Assembly (NCBI GenBank): GCA_016787985.1
Contig: JAEUTC010000219.1
Location: forward strand, 1,284-65,283
Source of the DNA: Flavobacteriales bacterium
GTDB taxonomy: Bacteria > Bacteroidota > Bacteroidia > Flavobacteriales_F > PHOS-HE28
Direction: 5' to 3'
DNA length: 64,000 nt
Each line of letters starts with the position of its first letter. Within the stretch, counting starts at the first letter, position 1. The position numbers and the translations under genes were made by a program. Positions 38,327 to 45,283 of this stretch are shown in pieces. A model generated the notes under the pieces. That model was not told the origin of the DNA. It ran no database searches and worked only from the letters and a program-made list of their open reading frames with translations.

Positions 38327-38812
38327 GTTCTGTTGGTTCTGTTTGTGTGTGCCGGTCAATACTGAGAAGGTGACGCAAGTTCGTGGACAAGGGCTTCCGT
38401 TGTCAAGACGAATGAGCGAAAATCTTCGACGAGCGTATAGTCCGGCACGATGTGTAGACATTCATGGTCCTCATTGCCAGTGAGTTAAACCCTATTCGGA
38501 TCCTGCTGGTCAAAGCGGATCGGCCTCACCTACGACTCTCCAGTAGCAGCATACGGTAGCGTTGAAGGCCTTACCGGTGTGCTCTAGGGCAGCAGGACAT
38601 GAGGAAGGCGAATGCGTGTTGAGGTTATGGCCAGAACCGCAGACCTGTTCTTGGATCGCTAGGCCCAACAGCCAGCGACCGGACCTCTCCTTCGTGTTGA
38701 GCCCTCTCTCTCGTTCCACGAATCGTGAGCGCACCTCCGTAGTGAGGAACAAGCGACCATCGACCACTTCGGCCGCGATCGCTGTTTCATTACCGTGCAT
38801 CGCTAACCCGGT

Positions 38813-39691
38813 TCAGCGGGCCGCTTTCAGTGTGTTCATTAACAGGCTCGTGATCGTCATGGGCCCTACCCCACCCGGCACCGGGGTGATGGCCGAACAG
38901 CGTCCTCGCACGGACGGATGGTCCACATCGCCTTCCAACCGAAAGCCGCTCTTCTTCGAGGCATCCGGAATGCGGTGGATGCCGACATCGACCACCACGG
39001 CACCTTCCTTCACCACATCGCCGGTGATGAAGCCTGGCTTGCCGATGGCGACTACAAGGATGTCCGCCTGCCGGGTAATGGAGGGAAGATCCTTCGTGCG
39101 GCTGTGGGCCAGGGTAACGGTGCAGTTCCCCGGGTAGGCGTTGCGGCTGAGCAAGATGCTGATGGGGGTGCCCACGATGTTGCTGCGGCCCACGACCACG
39201 CAGTGTTTGCCGGCGGTTTCGATGTGGTAGAACTTGAGCAATTCGCAAATGCCGCTCGGGGTGGCGGGAAGGAACCCCGGCAGACCCAGCACCATGTTGC
39301 CCACGTTCTGCGGGTGGAAGCCATCCACATCCTTCTTCGGGTCGATGGCCTGTAGGATGCGGTCCGCATCGATATGGGCGGGCAACGGCAACTGAACGAT
39401 GAACCCATCGAGTTCAGGATCGGCGTTCAGGCTGCGTACGCGCGCAAGGAGTTCATCTTCCGTGATGGTCTCTGGCAGACGTATCAATGAACTTCGGAAT
39501 CCGACGGAGCCACATGCCTTCACCTTGGCTTCCACATAGGTCTTGCTGGCCCCATCATTCCCTACGAGCACGGCTGCCAAATGTGGTGCACGACCGCGCA
39601 CGGCTTTCACAGCTGCCGCTTGCGTCGCGATCTCGGTCTTCAACGCATCGCCACAGCGCTTGCCATCCAGCAGTCGTGGTGAGCCCGTCAT
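38813..39691 (-). CDS. folD: Bifunctional methylenetetrahydrofolate dehydrogenase / methenyl-THF cyclohydrolase
   Basis: ATG at 39691. LAAVLVGNDGASKTYV, VIVQLPLP-type FIVQLPLPAHID, VVVGRSNIVGTP and TPVPGGVGPMT are present. Confidence 0.95.
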   Translation of the reverse strand: MTGSPRLLDGKRCGDALKTEIATQAAAVKAVRGRAPHLAAVLVGNDGASKTYVEAKVKACGSVGFRSSLIRLPETITEDELLARVRSLNADPELDGFIVQLPLPAHIDADRILQAIDPKKDVDGFHPQNVGNMVLGLPGFLPATPSGICELLKFYHIETAGKHCVVVGRSNIVGTPISILLSRNAYPGNCTVTLAHSRTKDLPSITRQADILVVAIGKPGFITGDVVKEGAVVVDVGIHRIPDASKKSGFRLEGDVDHPSVRGRCSAITPVPGGVGPMTITSLLMNTLKAAR

Positions 39692-39727
39692 AGGCACAAG
39701 GATACGGTTTGCGCGGCTCCCTTGGAA

Positions 39728-40273
39728 CTACCAACCCATCCGTTCCCGAAGGCGACCGATGTGGGCTAGGTGGTGAGCACCGTGCCACACATAGAGTTCC
39801 AAGGCTTCGGCCAGCGCGATCGCGCGGTTCTGTTCGGGATGGAAGAAGACCCGCTCTAGGTCGGTGCTCTCCAGAGAGCGGAGCAGGACCGCCCACCGGG
39901 CGTGGGTGCCGGCGATGATCGAAAGCGATGCTTCCACCGGCATGGTGCGTGCATCGGCGTGCTCAGCCCAGAGTTCCTCGCGGTAAGGCTTGATCACCGG
40001 TGCGTCCTCCGTGAGGGCGAGTTTGAAGCGATGCAGGCACTGGCTGTGGCTGTCGGCCAGGTGATGCACCACTTGCCGTACCGTCCAGCCGCCTGGCCGA
40101 TACGGGGTGTCCAACTGTGCTTCAGTCAAACCTGCAACCGCTTTGGCAAGCTCCTGCGGGAAGCCCTCGATAAGAGCGGAACAGACGTTACGCCGCTCTA
40201 TGTCCTTCGCTGCAGTGCCTCGAACGAAGCGGCCCGTAGGATACTTCAGCTTTTCCAAGTCAGGGTTCGACAT
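39728..40273 (-). CDS. DinB/YfiT-family metal-dependent hydrolase (bacillithiol-transferase-like)
   Basis: LKYPTGRF..., WTVRQVVHHLADSH and WHGAHHLAHI form the His triad. An alternative upstream ATG lies at 40300. Confidence 0.75.
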   Translation of the reverse strand: MSNPDLEKLKYPTGRFVRGTAAKDIERRNVCSALIEGFPQELAKAVAGLTEAQLDTPYRPGGWTVRQVVHHLADSHSQCLHRFKLALTEDAPVIKPYREELWAEHADARTMPVEASLSIIAGTHARWAVLLRSLESTDLERVFFHPEQNRAIALAEALELYVWHGAHHLAHIGRLRERMGW

Positions 40274-40399
40274 GCTTCGGGTGAACGGACTTGATGCCAT
40301 TCAGGTCACAAGATCGTGATCCTATGACCTACGGAAGTGGAGTTCCGCCTGTTACCCGTTGAGCGAACCCGGAATGCAGCGACGGAAGATCCGTTGGGG

Positions 40400-42244
40400 T
40401 CACCTGCTCAGTACCAAAGCACCGATGTGCCGTCCGTTCGCATGCTCGTAATGGACGATGTAGCGTCCGTTGGCCAAGTTGGATGGTAGCTGGACCCTCT
40501 GCCCTCGTTGTACGTGAGCCAGTAGTTCCTCGAAGACCACGCGGCCACTCGGGTCGATCAAGCGCAGGAGTTCCGGGCCCGACGGTTCATCCCGCAACAC
40601 GATCAGAAGATCGCCCTGTGATGGGTTCGGAACGATCCGGAGAACCTCATACCCCCCATTGTCGCCATCTACAGCTGCGATGTTCGTATAGGTGGCGGTG
40701 CCATCCACGTCGGTCTGCTTTACCCGGTAGTAGCAGACTTCCGCAGGAGCGAAAGGATCCGTGGCTGAGTAATGGAGCACTGCGTTGCTATTCCCGGCAG
40801 CATCCACCTGGGCGACGTCGACCCATTGGTGGGTGTCCAAGGAGCGCTGCACGGTGAAGCCTGCGTTGTCCCGCTCGGTTGCCGTACTCCAAGTGGTAAG
40901 GACCGTTCCATCCAGCTCCCGCGATGCGTTGAAAGCGATGAACTCGACCGGCAAAGGCGTTGAGCTCATGTTCGTGGTACCGATCGTGAACCTTATGCCG
41001 TTCACCAATGCGGCGGTATTCGCGAAGCGGTACAAGGTGCCGCTCACATTGGTGGCGCCACTGATCGGTGTTTCGTCAGCGAAAACCCCATCACCGTCGG
41101 TATCCACGAGCAAACGAAGGTCAGAGGCGGTCACAGGGCCAAGGCCGGCCAAGTCCCAAGTGATGTCCACGTTCCCTACGTCAACGGCAGTGCCAGTGCT
41201 ACTTACCTCGCTTACACGCCAAACGCGGTGTAAGCGGCCTTGCATACCAGTGGGAAAGTCCGTTGAGCCCAGTGCACTGAAATGGTCATTGTTGTGCCCC
41301 CAGAAGAGATACTCGTTGTTGTCCAGACCGGCGTAGGCCGCCTTGTTCATGCGGACCACACCGGAACCCTGCGCTTCCGCATGCAGGTTGGTCCCGTTAA
41401 CACGCCCGATGCCGGCGACGTCGTGATCGAAGTTGCCATTGGGAGCGTTGTCTTGGACGAATAAGTCGCCGGATGCCAGGGTGATGCCATACTTGGCCGC
41501 CAGGTAGTTGTTCACGATAAGGCGTTGTGCTGCGTTCAATCGGGTGTTGTACGCTACCACTTCGGCGATATCACCGCTGATCACGCGTCCACTGGTACCT
41601 CGCTCATTGCCGATGTAGAGCGGGAAGTTGTTCGTCTGGGGTGTGAGGTTCTCATCGTCTGTATGGATGGATGACCCATTCCGGTAGATGTCACGACCCT
41701 GGGCCGCATTGTAGCTGTACTCGAAGATGTTGAACGCCGTCGTGGATACTTGACCACCGAGGGAACTGGGGAAGGTGCGGGTCCCGTTGGTGTAGAACGT
41801 CGGCGCATGGATGTTGCCATCGCTGTAGCTCAACATCTCATAGTTCTCATTGCCATCATTCCCTTTCACCATCCAGGCATTGTAGTCCTTCTGGACGTCC
41901 GCCTTAAGGACCAGGAAGAAGTGCCAGGCTGTGAGGTCCACGGTGGCATTATCCGTCACCCACAGCTGATCGTCCGTGCCATCGAAACCGAGTGCGGGAT
42001 ATCCGTTCACCGCGCCGGGTACCCGCGTCGGCCGTGCCAATGGTATGCTCCCTGGGAGCAGCGCATGGTTGGCATTCCCAGAACGATCGGACCACTGGGA
42101 AACCGCGTTGCTGCTGTGGACAACGCCAGTGTTGGCATCCAGCCAAAGCACGTTGCTCGCACTCGATCCCACACCGCCAGGTCCTGCTTGGGCCATGGCT
42201 GTGGTGACTGCCAGTAGCGTAGTGAGAATGATGATGGCTCGCAT
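40400..42244 (-). CDS. LamG-like (concanavalin A-type lectin) T9SS cargo protein
   Basis: Signal MRAIIILTTLLAVTTAMAQA. SQWSDRSGNANHA...GFDGTDDQLWV is the LamG jelly-roll pattern. The C-terminal VPNPSQGDLLIV...GRYIVHYEH is a Por tail. Confidence 0.75.
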   Translation of the reverse strand: MRAIIILTTLLAVTTAMAQAGPGGVGSSASNVLWLDANTGVVHSSNAVSQWSDRSGNANHALLPGSIPLARPTRVPGAVNGYPALGFDGTDDQLWVTDNATVDLTAWHFFLVLKADVQKDYNAWMVKGNDGNENYEMLSYSDGNIHAPTFYTNGTRTFPSSLGGQVSTTAFNIFEYSYNAAQGRDIYRNGSSIHTDDENLTPQTNNFPLYIGNERGTSGRVISGDIAEVVAYNTRLNAAQRLIVNNYLAAKYGITLASGDLFVQDNAPNGNFDHDVAGIGRVNGTNLHAEAQGSGVVRMNKAAYAGLDNNEYLFWGHNNDHFSALGSTDFPTGMQGRLHRVWRVSEVSSTGTAVDVGNVDITWDLAGLGPVTASDLRLLVDTDGDGVFADETPISGATNVSGTLYRFANTAALVNGIRFTIGTTNMSSTPLPVEFIAFNASRELDGTVLTTWSTATERDNAGFTVQRSLDTHQWVDVAQVDAAGNSNAVLHYSATDPFAPAEVCYYRVKQTDVDGTATYTNIAAVDGDNGGYEVLRIVPNPSQGDLLIVLRDEPSGPELLRLIDPSGRVVFEELLAHVQRGQRVQLPSNLANGRYIVHYEHANGRHIGALVLSR

Positions 42245-42450
42245 CGGGAGAGGTCTTTGAGAACCCTCTTACGCACCTGATGGCGAATAGGTTGAGGCCG
42301 ATACTGGTCATGCGTCGGTTCCCGCCAGAACCCTCATGATCAGCAACTAAGGAAAACCCAGCGGTGGTGGACCCAGGTCCTTCAGTATCCACCGGCGAAG
42401 CAGAACGACAAGATCGGCCGAAATGTCATATCCGGTCCAACACCGTTGGC

Positions 42451-42906
42451 CTACATTCTAGTCCGTCGCTTCAATGGTACGATCACGTCCACTAAGAACT
42501 CCTCCGCATCCATCACCGGGATATCGGCGAAGTGGAAGTCCTTGCGGTCGTAGGTGACGATGAAGCCGCACTTCGCATCCACCGCCGAGAGGTATTGCAG
42601 GCCATCCTCGATATCCAGGATCCGTGGGTCGGCCAAGGTGCGTTGCATGGCGGTCTGCCCCAGGTTGGTCATGCGCAGCTTTTCGCCCAACAGACTGATC
42701 TTCTTTCGGGCCAATTCCTTACCGTTCTTCTTCCCAGCGTAAAATGCGCCTATGGCCATGCACAGTGGCGATGTGTAGACCTCGAAGCGCGGATCGTCCG
42801 CCAAGCTCAGCACGCGCGCACAAGGCCCGAAGCGCGGGTACTCGTTGCAGAGCACGGTCACCAGGATGTTCGCGTCGAGGAAGATGCGTTTAGGAAGCAT
42901 GGTCAT
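42451..42906 (-). CDS. PIN domain toxin (VapC-like)
   Basis: IFLDANILV (first acidic residue), LADDPRFEVYTS, and IEDGLQYLSAVDAKCGFIVTYDRKDF carrying the later acidic residues. Confidence 0.75.
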   Translation of the reverse strand: MTMLPKRIFLDANILVTVLCNEYPRFGPCARVLSLADDPRFEVYTSPLCMAIGAFYAGKKNGKELARKKISLLGEKLRMTNLGQTAMQRTLADPRILDIEDGLQYLSAVDAKCGFIVTYDRKDFHFADIPVMDAEEFLVDVIVPLKRRTRM

Positions 42907-42996
42907 TCATTTACTGCCATGGCGCAACGAGCGCAGCGGTTCCGCTACGTATTCCCTCGGCGCGGGCTTGGCGTACGTGGCGTCGTGGCGGTAAAC

Positions 42997-43260
42997 TCAA
43001 TTGCGGCGACGGCTCGCCAGGTAATCCTTTTTCACATTCCGCTTGGCAGCGTTCTTGCGCACGTACGTCGCTTCACCTTCGGCCACGGCATTCACCCAAT
43101 CGGAAACGGGCAGTTCATCCAGGGTGCGGTAGCGCTTATCGGTCACCTTGTTCAGCATGAACTCGATGAGCCGCGAGAGGCTGATGTTGTTCGCCTCGGC
43201 AAAGGCTTTGGCGCGCTCGGCCACACCTGCATCGAAGCTGAGGGTGAGTTTGGTGTCCAT
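42997..43260 (-). CDS. Ribbon-helix-helix-type antitoxin (DUF6364-like)
   Basis: 87 aa. MDTKLTLSFDAGVAERAKAFAEANNISLSRLIEFML is a beta-strand plus two helices typical of RHH antitoxins. It lies upstream of the PIN gene. Confidence 0.65.
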   Translation of the reverse strand: MDTKLTLSFDAGVAERAKAFAEANNISLSRLIEFMLNKVTDKRYRTLDELPVSDWVNAVAEGEATYVRKNAAKRNVKKDYLASRRRN

Positions 43261-43280
43261 GGCGGATCATGTTGATACGG

Positions 43281-43311
43281 CAAATGTACATCATCTATAC
43301 GTATGAACCAA
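43281..43311 (-). promoter_or_regulatory. Candidate Bacteroidota promoter for the antitoxin-toxin pair
   Basis: On the minus strand a TTG (43311-43309) is followed by a 20-nt spacer and TACATTTG (43288-43281). The box ends 20 nt before the ATG at 43260. Confidence 0.4.
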
Positions 43312-43325
43312 TTTGCAAAATTGCA

Positions 43326-43387
43326 AATTGCTGATCGCTGATTCCCCTCCACGAAACCTTGGTCTGGGGAATCAGCGATCAGCAATT
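43326..43387 (-). terminator. Very long perfect hairpin downstream of ffh
   Basis: aattgctgatcgctgattcccc (43326-43347) and ggggaatcagcgatcagcaatt (43366-43387) form a 22-bp perfect stem with an 18-nt loop. It lies 11 nt after the ffh stop. On the minus strand TTGCAATTTTGCAAATT follows. Confidence 0.65.
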
Positions 43388-43398
43388 CTTTCTTGGCG

Positions 43399-44739
43399 TC
43401 AGCGCCTCATCCCCTGCATCTGCTGCATCTGCCGCATCATGTTCTGCATCTTCGTCTTGTCCCCCATCATCTTCATCATTTTGCGGGTCTCCTCGAACTG
43501 CTTCATCAGCTTGTTCACCGCCTCGATGTTGTTGCCACTGCCTTTGGCGATGCGGGCGCGGCGGCTGCCGTTGATCAGCGCGGGGTTCTTGCGCTCCTCG
43601 GGCGTCATGCTTTTGATGATGGCCTCGATGCCCTTGAAGGCGTCATCAGGGATGTCGATGTTCTTCAAGGCCTTTCCTACACCGGGGATCATGCCCATGA
43701 GGTCCTTCATGTTCCCCATCTTCTTGATCTGGCCGATCTGCTCCAGGAAGTCGTCGAAGCCGAACTGGTCCTTCTGGATCTTCTTGTTGAGCTCGCGGGC
43801 GGCCTTCTCATCGAATTGCTCCTGCGCGCGCTCCACGAGGGAGACCACATCGCCCATGCCGAGGATCCGGCCGGCCATCCGATCCGGGTGGAACTCGTCG
43901 ATGGCCTCCATCTTTTCACCGGTACCGATGAACTTGATCGGCTTGTCCACCACGCTGCGGATGCTGAGGGCCGCCCCACCACGGGTATCACCGTCGAGCT
44001 TGGTGAGCACCACGCCGTCGATGTTCAGCCGGTCGTTGAAGGCCTTGGCGGTGTTCACAGCGTCCTGGCCGGTCATGCTATCCACCACGAAGAGCGTCTC
44101 CTGCGGTTTGATGGCCGCCTTCACGCGGGTGATCTCGTCCATCATGGCCTCGTCCACCGCCAAACGACCGGCGGTATCCACGATCACCAAGGTGAAGCCG
44201 TGGATCTTGGCGTACTCGATGCCTTTCTGGGCGATGGAGACCGGATCGGTATTCCCACGCTCGCTGTACACCACCACGCCGAGCTGTTTGCCCAGCGTTT
44301 CCAGCTGATCGATAGCGGCCGGGCGGTACACGTCGCATGCCACCAGTAAGGGCTTCTTCCCCTTCTTGCGTAGGTGGTTGGCGAGCTTGCCGCTGAAGGT
44401 GGTCTTACCCGAGCCCTGCAAGCCGCTCATGAGCACCACCGTAGGGTTCCCGCTCAGGTTGATGCCTGCGGTCTGGCCCCCCATCAGCTCGGCCAGTTCG
44501 TCGTTGGTGATCTTGGTTAGCAGCTGCCCCGGGCTCACGCTGGTAAGCACGTTCTGCCCCAGCGCCTTGGACTTCACCCGGTCGGTGAAGTCCTTGGCGG
44601 TCTTGTAGTTCACGTCGGCATCCAGCAGGGCCTTACGGATCTCTTTCACCGTTTCGGCCACGTTGATCTCGGTGATCTGGCCTTGGCCTTTGAGGACTTT
44701 GAAAGCTCTTTCGAGCTTGTCGTTCAGATTCTCGAACAT
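43399..44739 (-). CDS. ffh: Signal recognition particle protein Ffh
   Basis: Full-length match: GLQGSGKTTF, DTAGRL, TKLDGDTRGGAALS, and an M-domain with a Met-rich tail. Confidence 0.97.
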   Translation of the reverse strand: MFENLNDKLERAFKVLKGQGQITEINVAETVKEIRKALLDADVNYKTAKDFTDRVKSKALGQNVLTSVSPGQLLTKITNDELAELMGGQTAGINLSGNPTVVLMSGLQGSGKTTFSGKLANHLRKKGKKPLLVACDVYRPAAIDQLETLGKQLGVVVYSERGNTDPVSIAQKGIEYAKIHGFTLVIVDTAGRLAVDEAMMDEITRVKAAIKPQETLFVVDSMTGQDAVNTAKAFNDRLNIDGVVLTKLDGDTRGGAALSIRSVVDKPIKFIGTGEKMEAIDEFHPDRMAGRILGMGDVVSLVERAQEQFDEKAARELNKKIQKDQFGFDDFLEQIGQIKKMGNMKDLMGMIPGVGKALKNIDIPDDAFKGIEAIIKSMTPEERKNPALINGSRRARIAKGSGNNIEAVNKLMKQFEETRKMMKMMGDKTKMQNMMRQMQQMQGMRR

Positions 44740-44785
44740 GACTGGTCGTTGCTACAGGATCGCGAAGGTAGAGGGCCGGAGTGGT

Positions 44786-45228
44786 ATGATCATGCTCTTG
44801 GACGTTCTTGGCTCTCTCCATACTGGAGTGTGATCCACGCCCTTATTCAAGTCATCCTTTGTCGATGTTCTCCTCGTCACCATGGCCGCCTTCAACGCAA
44901 AGAAGGTACTGCGCCAAGTACATTCTTCCCCCTCGACCTTGAGTACTACCAGAAGAAGGGCAGCCTTACCAGCTTCGACTGCAATGTGGCCATCCTCCGT
45001 AGTCTCCACCCCGGCAACGCGGAGTCCGGCCTGTGCCGTAAGCTTGATCCCGCCACGCAGGCGGTTCATCCGCTCGTTGATGTCGGCCCGCTAGAGGAGT
45101 GCCCACAGCGCATTTGCCTTGCGGTGAATGGCAAAGCGGGCTGGGGCACCCTAAAGAACACCATGGCGCAGCGGAAGCACAGCACCGGCTGCAAGGTGAA
45201 CCGGATGATCAGTTACGATCTTCGATGA
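44786..45228 (+). pseudogene. Disrupted NTF2/SnoaL-like (DUF4440-type) gene, paralog of 49411..49896
   Basis: The C-terminal part (LDLEYYQKKGSLTSFD...GTLKNTMAQRKHSTGCKVNRMISYD) aligns with the intact paralog (QDLEFYHDKGGLTGYD...GIFKNIMVWRKEGPGYKVSRVISYDH). The N-terminal part (MAAFNAKK) is in another frame. The segment from ttcaac to tactac is 59 nt here and 60 nt in the paralog, a 1-nt deletion. An in-frame TGA lies at 44831 after a signal-like MIMLLDVLGS. Confidence 0.6.
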
Positions 45229-45283
45229 CCCTATGGAATGTAAAGCCCTCGGACTGATGCGATCGGACCACGCACCGGGCCGG

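Noticed and set aside
38510-38800. 96-aa minus-strand ORF as a CDS
   Set aside because: It has no recognisable motif, odd composition (Cys/Trp/Arg-rich C-terminus) and no plausible promoter or leader. It is kept only as part of the unexplained-gap finding.
38460-38812. RNase P RNA, tmRNA or SRP RNA in the gap downstream of folD
   Set aside because: GGAGAGGUCCGG and GCCUAG words recalled RNase P. However, the conserved blocks (GGAAAGUCCGG, ACAGAACCCGGCUUA) are absent or in the wrong order. There is no tRNA-like 3' end (GGUUCGA...CCA) and no SRP GGAA tetraloop motif.
44831-44833. In-frame TGA as a possible selenocysteine codon (selD is present in the window)
   Set aside because: It lies in the signal-peptide/linker region of a gene that also carries a frameshift. 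No SECIS-like context or Sec-decoding genes were seen.
44683-45228. 181-aa ORF as an intact gene overlapping the ffh start
   Set aside because: Only its C-terminal two thirds match the NTF2-like paralog. The N-terminal homology lies in another frame and behind a TGA, so I called it a pseudogene.
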